NCBI GenBank assembly: GCA_913058255.1
Contig: CAJXQU010000004.1
Coordinates: 95,302 to 159,301 of the forward strand
Reading direction: 5' to 3'
DNA from: an uncultured Pseudomonadota bacterium
GTDB taxonomy: Bacteria > Pseudomonadota > Gammaproteobacteria > CAJXQU01
DNA length: 64,000 bases
Shown here piece by piece: positions 1 to 11,330 of this stretch. Made by a program: the position numbers and the translations under genes. Positions within the stretch are counted from its first letter, which is position 1, and the number at the start of each line of letters is the position of its first letter. The notes under the pieces are model-generated. The model was given only the letters and a program-made list of their open reading frames with translations, ran no database searches and was not told the DNA's origin.

Positions 1-479
<479 letters not shown>

Positions 480-579
480 GGTTATTTCCTCTTTACTTTT
501 AGTGTCGTTGCGGTTGAAAACCACATGTTCAATGCGTTAAATCAGTTCAAGGAACGATAACATATTTTTGTCTAAGATT

Positions 580-1773
580 TTATCTACTTGCGGACTTGAT
601 CTCCATCGGAATACTGATTACGAACCAGATCATAATAAAAATGGCGTTAATCAGAAAGACACTACCTATGCCTGTTTTGCCGTATAACCAACCACCTAAG
701 GTACCACCGATAAAGGCACCAAAAAACTGCGAGGTGGAATAGACACCCAATGCAGCACCTTTGCGTTCTGCGGGGGCTGCTCTTGAAACTAATGAGGGTA
801 GGGCAGCTTCCAAATAATTAAATGCCGTGAAGAATGCTAGCATCATTAGTGATAGCCAAAGGGTTGAGTCATAGCCTAGCCATAAGCCTGTTTCAGCAAT
901 GGCAAGTAAGGCTACAGCGCCCATGAATACTTGTTTGGCTAGGTTGCGAGTTTCTGCCAAGCGTATAAACGGTACCATGAAGGCGATCGAAAGCAGCATG
1001 ACGGGTAGGTATGATTTCCAGTGTTGTTCCGGCGCGAGTCCCGCGTGATCACGTAAGGCGAGTGGCAGCACGACAAAGCTAGCGGTGAGAACTAAATGTA
1101 AAATGAGGATGCTGATATCTAGTCTTAATAGGCTTGGATTTTTCAATACTGAGATAAAGCTTTGTTCTTTAGAAGCGTAGCTAATTTGAGCTGCTTCGGA
1201 AGGTTGTGGAACCCAGTAGAAAAGTACAAATATAGCAAGGAAACCAAGTGTGGCAGCTGCCCAGAATAATCCATCAAGTCCCAGCCAGATGTTCAGCACA
1301 GGCCCCGCGATAAAGGCGAGCGTAAAAGCGACACCAATACTGATGCCGATAATCGCCATTGCTTTGGTACGTTGGCTTTCACGAGTGAGATCAGTTGCGA
1401 GCGCCATTATTGAGGCGGCGATAGCGCCAGCACCTTGCAAAGCACGACCTAGAATTAAGATGTAAATATTGTCTGATAAAGCAGCGATGATGCTACCGAC
1501 GGCAAAAATTAAGAGTCCCATAGCGATGACGGGCTTGCGGCCGATACGATCAGAGAACATACCGAAAGGAATTTGCAGCAAAGCCTGTGTCAGTCCATAG
1601 ATGCCGATTGCCAGTCCTATCAGAATGGGTGTTGCGCCGATCATATCTTCCGTATAAAGGGAAAGTACGGGCAAAATCATAAAGAGGCCGAACATACGTA
1701 GAAAGAAGATCAGTGCCAGTGATGCGGCTGATCGTCGTTCTAAGGATGTCATTTTTTTTTGGTTTTCAGTCAT
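580..1773 (-). CDS. MFS transporter, YajR-like
   Basis: Multi-TM protein with MFS motif A (GMFSDRIGRKP); conserved position between uvrA and ssb. Confidence 0.9.
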   Translation of the reverse strand: MTENQKKMTSLERRSAASLALIFFLRMFGLFMILPVLSLYTEDMIGATPILIGLAIGIYGLTQALLQIPFGMFSDRIGRKPVIAMGLLIFAVGSIIAALSDNIYILILGRALQGAGAIAASIMALATDLTRESQRTKAMAIIGISIGVAFTLAFIAGPVLNIWLGLDGLFWAAATLGFLAIFVLFYWVPQPSEAAQISYASKEQSFISVLKNPSLLRLDISILILHLVLTASFVVLPLALRDHAGLAPEQHWKSYLPVMLLSIAFMVPFIRLAETRNLAKQVFMGAVALLAIAETGLWLGYDSTLWLSLMMLAFFTAFNYLEAALPSLVSRAAPAERKGAALGVYSTSQFFGAFIGGTLGGWLYGKTGIGSVFLINAIFIMIWFVISIPMEIKSASR

Positions 1774-1848
1774 GAAGCGTTATTACAGAACATCTAAGTG
1801 GAAAATCGCGTATATTAGCAGGTTGCTTCTCATTCATCACAAACAAAT

Positions 1849-4677
1849 ATGGATAAAATTCAAATTCGTGGCGCTCGGACTCATAACCTCAAAGGTGTTG
1901 ATCTCGATCTACCGCGTAATAAACTCATCGTAATTACTGGACTTTCTGGTTCGGGCAAGTCTTCTTTAGCTTTCGATACCATTTATGCGGAAGGCCAGCG
2001 ACGTTATGTCGAATCATTGTCTTCTTATGCACGGCAGTTTTTGTCGATTATGGAAAAGCCCGATGTTGATCTGATTGAGGGACTTTCTCCAGCGATTTCG
2101 ATTGAACAAAAGTCGACCTCACATAACCCTCGCTCGACAGTGGGGACCATCACAGAGATCTACGATTATTTGCGATTACTGTTCGCACGTGTTGGTGAAC
2201 CGCGTTGTCCTGATCACGACACCATATTAGAAGCGCAAACTATCAGCCAGATGGTTGATCAGGTTTTGGAATTGCCCGAAGGCAGTAAGTTGATGTTATT
2301 AGCACCGTTGGTGCAAGGCCGTAAAGGTGAGCACGTTCAGCTTTTAGAAAGCTTGCGTCGTGAAGGTTACATTCGTGCGCGGATCAATGGCGTAGTCGTG
2401 AACTTGGATGAAGCGCCAGAATTAGATCTCTACAAAAAACATGATATCGAAGCGGTAGTCGATCGGTTTAAGGTTCGGGACGATATGAAGCTGCGTTTAG
2501 CGGAATCATTCGAAACGACGCTGGCCTTGACCGATGGAACCGCTAAGGTCGCGTGGATGGATGAAGACAAGCCGGATATTATTTTTTCTGCACTGTTTGC
2601 TTGCCCACATTGTGGTTATAGCATTAGTGAATTAGAGCCACGGATCTTTTCGTTTAATAATCCCGCAGGGGCCTGTCAGGATTGTGATGGCTTGGGCGTG
2701 ATGCAGTTTTTTGATCCTGATCGTGTCGTTCAACACCCTGAATTATCGATGCCCGGTGGTGCTATTCGTGGTTGGGATCGTCGCACGGTTTATTATTTTC
2801 AGTTGATCTGTGCATTGGCAAAACATTATAAATTTGATGTTGATATTCCGTTCCAAGATCTGTCTGAAAAAATCCAAAAAATTATTTTATTTGGTAGTGG
2901 TGAGACTGAAATATCATTTGAATATATCGATTCCAAAGGTGGAAAACGTAAGAGAAAACACCCATTTGAAGGTGTCGTTAATAATCTCCAGCGTCGTTAT
3001 CGAGAAACAGACTCCAGCGCGATCCGTGACGATCTGGCAAAGTTTTTAGTTTCAAAACCATGTTCCAGTTGTAATGGCCAACGCTTAGGTGTTGCGGCGC
3101 GAAATGTCTTTGTCGAAAAGAGAAACCTGCCGGAAATCTCAGATATGTCGATTGGAACAGCACAGTTATTTTTTGATAGCCTGAAGCTAAAAGGTAAACG
3201 TGGCGAAATTGCCGAGAAGATCCTTAAAGAAGTCTCTCAGCGTCTGAGCTTTTTGGTCAATGTAGGCTTGGATTATTTAACCTTGTCGCGTAGTGCAGAA
3301 TCACTATCCGGTGGTGAAGCGCAGCGGATCAGGTTGGCTAGTCAGATCGGTGCTGGTCTGGTCGGGGTTATGTATGTGTTAGATGAACCTTCGATAGGAT
3401 TACATCAGCGTGACAATCAACGATTGTTGGAAACCTTGTATCACCTACGTGATTTGGGTAATACGGTCATCGTCGTCGAACATGATGAGGAAGCGATTCG
3501 TGCAGCGGATCATGTGATTGATATTGGTCCCGGTGCTGGCGTACATGGTGGCGAAATAGTTGCTCAAGGTAGCACGAAAGATGTTGAAACGAGTCCGCGT
3601 TCTCTGACCGGCAAGTATATGTCGGGTGAGTTAAAGATTGAGGTGCCGGAACAACGTCATCAAGCCGATCCTGAACGCATGTTGCGCGTGATCGGTGCGA
3701 CCGGTAATAATCTGAATAACGTCACGATGGAAATCCCCATGGGTCTGATGACCTGTATCACGGGTGTTTCTGGCTCAGGTAAATCAACCCTGATCAATGA
3801 CACGCTTTATAAGGTTGCCGCACATGAATTAAATCGCGCAAACACCGATCCTGCGCCTCATGAAAGAATCGAAGGTTTGGATCAGTTTGATAAGGTGGTT
3901 GATATTGATCAAAGCCCTATTGGCCGTACGCCACGCTCGAACCCAGCAACTTACACGGGTATTTTCACACCAGTCCGTGAGTTATTTGCCGCAACGCATG
4001 AGGCTCGATCACGCGGTTATAAGGCGGGCCGGTTTAGTTTTAACGTCAAAGGCGGTCGTTGTGAAGCCTGTCAGGGTGATGGTGTGATCAAGGTTGAAAT
4101 GCATTTTCTGCCAGACGTTTATGTCCCTTGTGATGTTTGCAAAGGTAAGCGATATAACCGTGAAACGTTAGAGATCAGATACAAAGGTAAGAACATCAGT
4201 GACGTGTTGGATATGACGGTCGAAGAAGGGCGCGAGTTTTTTGATCCTGTACCGATGATCAAAACTAAATTACAAACCCTCATCGATGTTGGTCTTACTT
4301 ATATTAAGCTTGGCCAAAACGCGACAACGCTGTCTGGAGGTGAAGCGCAACGGGTGAAACTTTCACGTGAGTTATCTAAACGTGATACAGGTAACACCTT
4401 GTATATTCTCGATGAACCAACAACGGGTCTACACTTTCATGACACGGAACAATTACTGCAGGTTCTACATCGCTTACGTGATCATGGTAATACTGTCATC
4501 GTTATCGAGCATAATTTAGACGTGATCAAAACAGCGGATTGGATTGTCGACCTAGGCCCAGAGGGCGGAAGCGGCGGTGGTGAGATCTTGATCTCAGGCT
4601 CGCCTGAAGAAGTAGCGTTACACAAAGGATCGCATACCGCGACGTATTTAGCACCCTTGTTGGGTATAAGTCGATAA
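1849..4677 (+). CDS. uvrA: Excinuclease ABC subunit A
   Basis: Two Walker A motifs ([16 protein letters not shown]), two LSGGEAQR signatures, zinc fingers, 942 aa. Confidence 0.99.
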   Translation: MDKIQIRGARTHNLKGVDLDLPRNKLIVITGLSGSGKSSLAFDTIYAEGQRRYVESLSSYARQFLSIMEKPDVDLIEGLSPAISIEQKSTSHNPRSTVGTITEIYDYLRLLFARVGEPRCPDHDTILEAQTISQMVDQVLELPEGSKLMLLAPLVQGRKGEHVQLLESLRREGYIRARINGVVVNLDEAPELDLYKKHDIEAVVDRFKVRDDMKLRLAESFETTLALTDGTAKVAWMDEDKPDIIFSALFACPHCGYSISELEPRIFSFNNPAGACQDCDGLGVMQFFDPDRVVQHPELSMPGGAIRGWDRRTVYYFQLICALAKHYKFDVDIPFQDLSEKIQKIILFGSGETEISFEYIDSKGGKRKRKHPFEGVVNNLQRRYRETDSSAIRDDLAKFLVSKPCSSCNGQRLGVAARNVFVEKRNLPEISDMSIGTAQLFFDSLKLKGKRGEIAEKILKEVSQRLSFLVNVGLDYLTLSRSAESLSGGEAQRIRLASQIGAGLVGVMYVLDEPSIGLHQRDNQRLLETLYHLRDLGNTVIVVEHDEEAIRAADHVIDIGPGAGVHGGEIVAQGSTKDVETSPRSLTGKYMSGELKIEVPEQRHQADPERMLRVIGATGNNLNNVTMEIPMGLMTCITGVSGSGKSTLINDTLYKVAAHELNRANTDPAPHERIEGLDQFDKVVDIDQSPIGRTPRSNPATYTGIFTPVRELFAATHEARSRGYKAGRFSFNVKGGRCEACQGDGVIKVEMHFLPDVYVPCDVCKGKRYNRETLEIRYKGKNISDVLDMTVEEGREFFDPVPMIKTKLQTLIDVGLTYIKLGQNATTLSGGEAQRVKLSRELSKRDTGNTLYILDEPTTGLHFHDTEQLLQVLHRLRDHGNTVIVIEHNLDVIKTADWIVDLGPEGGSGGGEILISGSPEEVALHKGSHTATYLAPLLGISR

Positions 4678-4820
4678 AGACTCAGCGAGTATAGATAATA
4701 ATCTAAGGTTTGAAGTGGAAATTACTTCATCCTTAGACGGAGATAAAGATTGCGGTAGCCCCCCAGTTTTTGCGATACTCTCCAACCAAAAACTAATCAA
4801 GACACATTGAGGAATTTTAT

Positions 4821-5753
4821 ATGTCAGTACTGATCTGTGGCTCACTCGCCTACGATAATATTATGGTGTTTCCGGATAAATTCAAAAATCATATATTGCC
4901 GGACAAGATCCATATGTTGAATGTTTCATTCCTCGTTCCAGATATGCGTCGGGAATTCGGAGGATGTGCGGGAAATATAGCTTACAATTTGAATTTGTTA
5001 GGTGAGGCTCCTGTGTTGATGGCCACCGCAGGTAGTGATTTCGCACCTTATGCAGCATGGATGGATGCGTGCGGAATTCGTCGTGAAAATATTACGATCA
5101 TTGATGACCAGTTCACGGCACAGGCGTTTATTACAACCGATCTAGACGATAATCAGATCACCGCTTTTCACCCGGGTGCGATGAATATGGCACACGTCAA
5201 TAAGACCGAAGATGGTGGCGAGGTTGTGCTTGGTATTGTTTCTCCAGATGGGCGTGATGGCATGATCCAACACGCAGAACAGTTGGCGGAAGGTGAAGTG
5301 CCTTTTATCTTTGACCCAGGTCAAGGTTTGCCGATGTTTGATGGCGATGATTTGAAAAAATTCATCGGGCAAGCAACTTGGGTAACCGTCAATGACTATG
5401 AATGGGAAATGATGCAAGAGCGCACAGGTTGGTCTGTCGAAGACGTAACCGAACGCGTAGAAGCGTTGATCGTCACAAAAGGTGGTGAAGGTTCGACTAT
5501 TTATTGTCGCGGCAATACGATTGAAATCCCATCGGCAAAACCCGTTCAAATTAATGATCCGACCGGTTGTGGTGATGCCTATCGTGCCGGTCTTTTGTAT
5601 GGCTTGCGGAACAACCTCGGTTGGGAAGTGACTGGCCGCATTGCATCATTGATTGGTGCTATCAAAATTGAACAACATGGCACGCAGAATCATCAGTTTA
5701 CTAAGCCAGAATTCAAGGCTCGTTATGAGAAAGAGTTTGGTAGCTCGTTTTAA
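4821..5753 (+). CDS. PfkB-family carbohydrate/nucleoside kinase (adenosine kinase-like)
   Basis: GGCAGNIA and DPTGCGDAY PfkB signatures. Confidence 0.88.
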   Translation: MSVLICGSLAYDNIMVFPDKFKNHILPDKIHMLNVSFLVPDMRREFGGCAGNIAYNLNLLGEAPVLMATAGSDFAPYAAWMDACGIRRENITIIDDQFTAQAFITTDLDDNQITAFHPGAMNMAHVNKTEDGGEVVLGIVSPDGRDGMIQHAEQLAEGEVPFIFDPGQGLPMFDGDDLKKFIGQATWVTVNDYEWEMMQERTGWSVEDVTERVEALIVTKGGEGSTIYCRGNTIEIPSAKPVQINDPTGCGDAYRAGLLYGLRNNLGWEVTGRIASLIGAIKIEQHGTQNHQFTKPEFKARYEKEFGSSF

Positions 5754-5777
5754 GGACGTTAGAGTTAAAAATAGAAT

Positions 5778-6725
5778 ATGAAAATTATCCTAGCTAATCC
5801 ACGTGGTTTTTGTGCGGGTGTTGATCGAGCCATCGGAATTGTTGATCGTGCGCTTGAGCTGTTTGGTGCACCTGTTTATGTGCGGCATGAAGTTGTGCAC
5901 AACAAATATGTTGTCGATGGTTTGAAAAACAAAGGCGCAATCTTTGTTGAAGAGCTCGATGAAGTTCCTGACAATACTACGGTTATCTTCAGTGCTCACG
6001 GTGTAGCAAAATCAGTACGGCAAGAAGCTGCAAACCGTAAAGTTCGGGTGTTTGATGCTATTTGTCCATTGGTTACAAAAGTCCATATGGAAGTTAGTAG
6101 TTACCAGAAAGAAGGCCGGGAGTGTATTTTGATCGGGCACGCTGGTCATCCTGAGGTTGAAGGTACATTAGGTCAGTACCAGCGAGATGACGACGAGGGT
6201 GGAATGTATTTGGTTGAGTCGGTCGATGATGCTAAAAACCTACAGGTGAAGAACCCTGACTTTTTAGCTTTCGTCACTCAAACGACCTTGTCTATGGATG
6301 ATACCGCCGAAGTTATTGATGCATTGTGCGAACACTTCCCCAGCATTGATGGCCCGAAAAAAGAAGATATTTGTTATGCGACCCAGAACAGGCAGGATGC
6401 TGTTAAGGATTTAGTAAAAAGATCGGATCTCGTTTTGGTGGTTGGTTCACAAACTAGCTCGAACTCAACTCGTCTGAAAGAGATCGCAGAGAAACAAGGG
6501 ATTCCTTCTTATTTGATCGATGGCGCCGAAGAAATTCAGAAAGAATGGTTAGAGGGCGTTGATACTGTTGGTGTTACCGCTGGGGCATCTGCCCCCGAGA
6601 TTTTAGTTGCCGCTGTCATAGAGCAGCTAAAAGCTTGGGGAGGTACGGCTCCTGAAGAACTTGAAGGGGTTAAGGAAACGATTGTTTTCAGCTTGCCGAA
6701 AGAGTTAAAGGTGGTAACGAAGTAG
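5778..6725 (+). CDS. ispH: 4-hydroxy-3-methylbut-2-enyl diphosphate reductase
   Basis: [24 protein letters not shown] and TAGASAP motifs. Confidence 0.98.
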   Translation: MKIILANPRGFCAGVDRAIGIVDRALELFGAPVYVRHEVVHNKYVVDGLKNKGAIFVEELDEVPDNTTVIFSAHGVAKSVRQEAANRKVRVFDAICPLVTKVHMEVSSYQKEGRECILIGHAGHPEVEGTLGQYQRDDDEGGMYLVESVDDAKNLQVKNPDFLAFVTQTTLSMDDTAEVIDALCEHFPSIDGPKKEDICYATQNRQDAVKDLVKRSDLVLVVGSQTSSNSTRLKEIAEKQGIPSYLIDGAEEIQKEWLEGVDTVGVTAGASAPEILVAAVIEQLKAWGGTAPEELEGVKETIVFSLPKELKVVTK

Positions 6726-6745
6726 ATTTTTCTACGGAACTCTTG

Positions 6746-7171
6746 TTACCAACAGTCTTGATTGGTCGCTGTTTTTCGGCTTGTTGAGGATTGTGTCATT
6801 GTAGCGCAGTGAGTATCAGCAGCTTGGCTATTCTGAGCCGTGACAGTGATTGAGTAGCAAGATGTTATAGGGCAAGTGACTGTTGCTGCGTCGACAGTCA
6901 GGACGTAGTAGTTACTTTCTGAGTTTGCTGGGTTAGCAAAACCGAGATCTGTTACGTTAGTTGTATAGGTATTCGTACTTGAAAAAAATTGTTCTTGCAG
7001 CTGATTTGCACGGGCAAGAAGGTCTTTTCCCTCAAACCGATGAGTCTTTAGAACATGTTGGTTATAAGACGGGTAGGCTATCGCAGCGACTATTCCAATA
7101 ATTGCGACGGTAATCATTAACTCAATAAGTGTGAAGCCTGAAGTTTTTTTCAAGTGTGAATGCTTGTTCAT
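6746..7171 (-). CDS. pilE: Type IV minor pilin, PilE-like
   Basis: [16 protein letters not shown] prepilin motif and C-terminal Cys pairs; adjacent to ispH. Confidence 0.85.
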   Translation of the reverse strand: MNKHSHLKKTSGFTLIELMITVAIIGIVAAIAYPSYNQHVLKTHRFEGKDLLARANQLQEQFFSSTNTYTTNVTDLGFANPANSESNYYVLTVDAATVTCPITSCYSITVTAQNSQAADTHCATMTQSSTSRKTATNQDCW

Positions 7172-7220
7172 AGGTCGAGTACCTTTCTAATTGTTGTCCA
7201 TACAATAACCATTGTAGACT

Positions 7221-7237
7221 AGCATCTGCTATGCCAA
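7221..7237 (-). promoter_or_regulatory. Putative sigma-54 promoter for the pilin gene
   Basis: Minus strand TTGGCATAGCAGATGCT has GG-N10-GC spacing, 50 nt upstream of the pilin ATG. Confidence 0.5.
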
Positions 7238-7367
7238 CTTTTTATGCTCTGTAAGGATACGCTATTTAATGTTTATTACTAACTATTAGTCTTGATCATG
7301 CAATGAATTGATAAATTGTGTTTTATAACCGCTTTTTGAATATTTTATGTAAGTTTAGAGGCTTTTA

Positions 7368-8411
7368 ATGACAACTGATTGTGTCGTAATAGGTGGTGGA
7401 ATTATTGGAGTGATGACTGCCAGAATACTTGCCAAAGCGGGCTTAAAAGTACAGGTTCTCGAAAAACAACAAGTGGGACGAGAGTCATCGTGGGCTGGTG
7501 GTGGTCTTCTTTCTCCTATCTATCCTTGGGATGCTCCTGAAGTTCTATGGCCTCTAATTTCACGTGGAAATGAAGTCTATCCTCAGTTATGTGAAGACTT
7601 GCTGAATGAAACAGGTATTGACCCAGAATATGTTCAGTCTGGGTTATTGAACTTCGATTCGATAGAAACCGATAAACTTTATTATTGGGCGAAAGAAACG
7701 GATACGAGCTACCAGCGAGTTGATCAGAAGCAGCTTACAGAAATTGAAGCGGCCGTGAACCCACTGTACGAATTTGCTACCTGGGTACCTGAAATTGCAC
7801 AAGTTAGAAATCCTCGATTACTCAAGGCATTAAAGAATTCGTTACTTAATAACAAGAAGGTACAGATAAAAGAAGGCATTGAAGTGCAGGCCGTGAATCA
7901 AGTGAAAGAGCGAGTCTCAAGTGTAAAAACCTCCGAAGGAAAGATTAGTTGTCAGTATGTTGTTGTAGCGGCAGGAGCATGGAGTGGAACATTTTTAAAA
8001 GATGAAACAAGGATTCAGCCTGTACGAGGACAAATGCTTCGTATTGAAGCCCCCAAAGGTTTACTGCAAAGGGTTTTGATGTGCGATAGTACTTATCTTA
8101 TTCCACGACAGGATGGGCAGATCTTGATTGGCTCATCTTTGGAGTATGTCGGTTTCGATAAAAGTACCACTGAAGAGGTGGCTAAAAAGCTCTATACGAA
8201 TGCGATTAAAATACTGCCAGAACTACAGAACTTTCCCATTGCTCAACAGTGGGCTGGTCTAAGGCCGGGTTCGGAGAATGGCATTCCTCTCATTGAAGAA
8301 TCCGATGAAGTCAAAGGGCTATTTATTAATAGTGGTCACTTCAGAAATGGTGTTGGACTTGCACCAGCTTCATGTGAAATGCTTGTAGATAAAATGCTTA
8401 GTAGCGAGTAG
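7368..8411 (+). CDS. thiO: Glycine oxidase ThiO / DAO-family FAD oxidoreductase
   Basis: GGGIIG FAD motif, ESSWAGGG, PVRGQM, GHFRNG. Confidence 0.75.
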   Translation: MTTDCVVIGGGIIGVMTARILAKAGLKVQVLEKQQVGRESSWAGGGLLSPIYPWDAPEVLWPLISRGNEVYPQLCEDLLNETGIDPEYVQSGLLNFDSIETDKLYYWAKETDTSYQRVDQKQLTEIEAAVNPLYEFATWVPEIAQVRNPRLLKALKNSLLNNKKVQIKEGIEVQAVNQVKERVSSVKTSEGKISCQYVVVAAGAWSGTFLKDETRIQPVRGQMLRIEAPKGLLQRVLMCDSTYLIPRQDGQILIGSSLEYVGFDKSTTEEVAKKLYTNAIKILPELQNFPIAQQWAGLRPGSENGIPLIEESDEVKGLFINSGHFRNGVGLAPASCEMLVDKMLSSE

Positions 8412-8424
8412 AAAAGTGTAATAT

Positions 8425-9426
8425 ATGGAACTTACAATCATCGTTGCAGGACAAATAAAACAACCGTTAATAACGGAGATGGATCATCTCGATAGGTTAA
8501 TTTCACGTGGTAATTCTCGAGCATCAAAATCACAAACGACGTTAGAATTCTTATATCAACTTTTTTATACCGAAACAGAAAAACAAAACTATCCTGTTGC
8601 TGCGACCAGTGCATTAGTTGATCTGGATAATGTGAAAAATAAAATTTTCATGCGTGCTGATCCCGTTTTGTTGCATGCCGATCTAGCATCGCTACTACTT
8701 TTTGATAGCCAAAAACTGTCAATAACAAAAGAAGATGTCGATGCGATTTTTTCAAAAATAAATTCTTTCTTAAAAGCAGATAATTTGCGATTGATCTGTG
8801 GCGAAAACTTTTCACGTTGGTATCTAGAATTAGCCGATAATAAAATACCGCAAGAACTTGTAACAACATCACCAAAAGAGGCGAATGGGCAAGATGTAGG
8901 ACCGTTTCTTCCACAAGGCAAGGATAGCGCCTACTGGATCCAACTCAGCAATGAAATTCAAATGTTGTTATATGAAAGCTCTATCAATCAAGAAAGGCAA
9001 TTAAAAGGTGAAGCACCTATCAATAGTGTTTGGTTTTGGGGGCAAGGGCAATGTTTGAAGCAAAATAGCATCTCGATTAAAGATGAATTTGACGGCATAC
9101 TTTCTAATGATGTAAATGCGGAAGGATTAGCAAAATTGGCGGATATCGCGCATGAGAATATTCCTATGGACTTTGAACGTTGGTTAGCAAAAGAAGGCAA
9201 AGGAAAAAAGGTTTTAATGGTTCTTTCCGATGGCGATCTTGCTGTTTCTGAGCCAGAAAACTATATTAGCTGGCTTGTTGATCAAGATAACAAAATATTT
9301 AAACCCGCCTTAACAAATCTCAAAAAAGGCAGACTTAAAAAGCTAGAGGTTAAAGCCGACGATCAACACTTTATTGTTAAATGGCACCACCTTTATCGCT
9401 TTTGGCGTAAAGTAAAAGCAGCATAG
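8425..9426 (+). CDS. Conserved hypothetical protein (phosphoglycerate mutase-like) upstream of recJ
   Basis: RADPVLL and NEIQMLL...INSVWFWG motifs typical of this recJ-linked family. Confidence 0.6.
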   Translation: MELTIIVAGQIKQPLITEMDHLDRLISRGNSRASKSQTTLEFLYQLFYTETEKQNYPVAATSALVDLDNVKNKIFMRADPVLLHADLASLLLFDSQKLSITKEDVDAIFSKINSFLKADNLRLICGENFSRWYLELADNKIPQELVTTSPKEANGQDVGPFLPQGKDSAYWIQLSNEIQMLLYESSINQERQLKGEAPINSVWFWGQGQCLKQNSISIKDEFDGILSNDVNAEGLAKLADIAHENIPMDFERWLAKEGKGKKVLMVLSDGDLAVSEPENYISWLVDQDNKIFKPALTNLKKGRLKKLEVKADDQHFIVKWHHLYRFWRKVKAA

Positions 9427-9431
9427 AAAAA

Positions 9432-11165
9432 ATGTCGATCAAAATCATTAGACGCAAAGTCGAAAAGAAAAATAATCAATCCGAAATTTTCAACAACATG
9501 CACCCAGTGTTACAACGGGTTTATGCGGCGAGGAATGTCCACGATGAAAAAGAATTAGACTATTCTTTATCGGGATTAATTGATTATAAAGAGCTTACTG
9601 GAATTGATACGGCACTTGATTTGCTCGTCGATGCCATTGAGAAACAACAACGAATGTTGATCGTGGCAGATTTTGATGCCGATGGAGCTACCAGTTGCGC
9701 GGTTGCTGTGCGAGGTTTGCGTGCCATGGGGGCGACAGATGTTTGTTATGTCGTACCGAATCGTTTTGAATATGGTTATGGCCTAACGCCTGAAATTGTC
9801 GCTGTGGCAGCCGAGCAATCACCGGATCTTATTATTACGGTGGATAATGGCATCGCCAGTAATGAGGGTGTCGCGGCGGCTAAAAAACTCGGCATTAATG
9901 TTTTAATTACTGACCACCATCTACCAGGAAAGACATTGCCGGATGCTGACGCGATCGTAAATCCGAACCAACCGGATGATAACTTCCCAAGTAAATCGTT
10001 AGCCGGTGTCGGGGTTATGTTTTATGTGTTGATGGCATTACGAGCTCGTTTACGAAAGAACCACTATTTTGAAGGCAAAGGACTTACGGTACCCAATCTT
10101 GCTCAGTTACTCGATTTGGTTGCATTAGGTACGGTCGCAGATGTTGTGCCACTTGATCGAAACAACCGTATTCTGGTTTCCCAAGGATTGGCAAGAATGA
10201 GGAAAGGGGTATGTTGTGAAGGCATAAAGGCCATCGCTGAGGTTGCAAAGCGTGAACTATTTAAGCTTTCATCTACCGATCTGGGTTTCGCTATTGGGCC
10301 ACGGTTAAATGCGGCAGGTCGTTTAGATGATATGTCCTTAGGCATAGAGTGTTTACTTTGTGATGATCAACAAGAAGCTAGAAGACTGGCATCTGAGCTA
10401 GATCAGCTAAACCGAGAGCGAAAAGAAATTGGTGATCTGATGCTCACAGAAGCCACTCAAATCCTAGATTCTCTTGATCTGGAATCTTCTGAAATGCCTT
10501 TTGGTCTTTGTCTTTATGACCCCGCGTGGCATCAAGGAGTGATAGGTATTTTAGCATCACGCATAAAAGAGCAGAAATTCCGTCCCGTGATTGTTTTTGC
10601 TGAAGCAGATGCAGGAGAAGTCAAAGGATCGGCTCGTTCCGTAAAGGGTGTTCATATCCGCGATGTATTGGATGCTGTCGCGACGAAAAATCCTGGTGTT
10701 ATCAATAAGTTCGGTGGTCATGCTATGGCTGCTGGCTTATCTTTACCGCTTACAAGGCTTGATGATTTTATCCAAGCATTTGATCAAGAAGTGCGTCAGC
10801 ATTTAACATCAGAAGACTTACGTGGTGTGTTGGTGAGTGATGGAGCGTTAAATTCATCTGATATTAATGCCGAGCTTGCTGAAGAGTTACGATACGCCGG
10901 ACCTTGGGGGCAAACCTTCCCAGAACCATTATTTGATGGGGTTTTTGAGTTAGAGAATGCTCGGATCGTTGGTGACAAGCATTTAAAGCTATTATTGCGT
11001 AGCCCTGATAGCGACCAATTGATTGATGCCATCGCATTTTTTACTACCAATGAGGATTGGCCAGAAAATGTTCATCAAGTTGAGCTAGTTTATCAACTTG
11101 ATCTGAATGAATTTCGTGGTAATCGCAATCCACAACTACTCGTTAAACACATCTTACCGAGCTAG
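9432..11165 (+). CDS. recJ: ssDNA-specific exonuclease RecJ
   Basis: DFDADG, TDHH and GGHAMAAG DHH/DHHA1 motifs. Confidence 0.98.
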   Translation: MSIKIIRRKVEKKNNQSEIFNNMHPVLQRVYAARNVHDEKELDYSLSGLIDYKELTGIDTALDLLVDAIEKQQRMLIVADFDADGATSCAVAVRGLRAMGATDVCYVVPNRFEYGYGLTPEIVAVAAEQSPDLIITVDNGIASNEGVAAAKKLGINVLITDHHLPGKTLPDADAIVNPNQPDDNFPSKSLAGVGVMFYVLMALRARLRKNHYFEGKGLTVPNLAQLLDLVALGTVADVVPLDRNNRILVSQGLARMRKGVCCEGIKAIAEVAKRELFKLSSTDLGFAIGPRLNAAGRLDDMSLGIECLLCDDQQEARRLASELDQLNRERKEIGDLMLTEATQILDSLDLESSEMPFGLCLYDPAWHQGVIGILASRIKEQKFRPVIVFAEADAGEVKGSARSVKGVHIRDVLDAVATKNPGVINKFGGHAMAAGLSLPLTRLDDFIQAFDQEVRQHLTSEDLRGVLVSDGALNSSDINAELAEELRYAGPWGQTFPEPLFDGVFELENARIVGDKHLKLLLRSPDSDQLIDAIAFFTTNEDWPENVHQVELVYQLDLNEFRGNRNPQLLVKHILPS

Positions 11166-11330
11166 TTCAATTCACTCAAAAATGCAGCGTTGCATAAACT
11201 ATCGTAATGACTGCTCTCCATAGGCTTCTAAGCCTAAACTTATTGTCTTTCCAGCCGCTAATCTCTTGAGAAGTTGACCAGTAGAATCCTTGGTCAATAT
11301 TAATTGAATTAGTAGAGGGATCGTGGACGA

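Noticed and set aside
1774..1848. LexA SOS box upstream of uvrA
   Set aside because: No CTG-N10-CAG match; only a partial GTATATTAGCAG.
4680..4820. Riboswitch upstream of the PfkB kinase
   Set aside because: Only a weak imperfect hairpin, with no recognisable aptamer motif.
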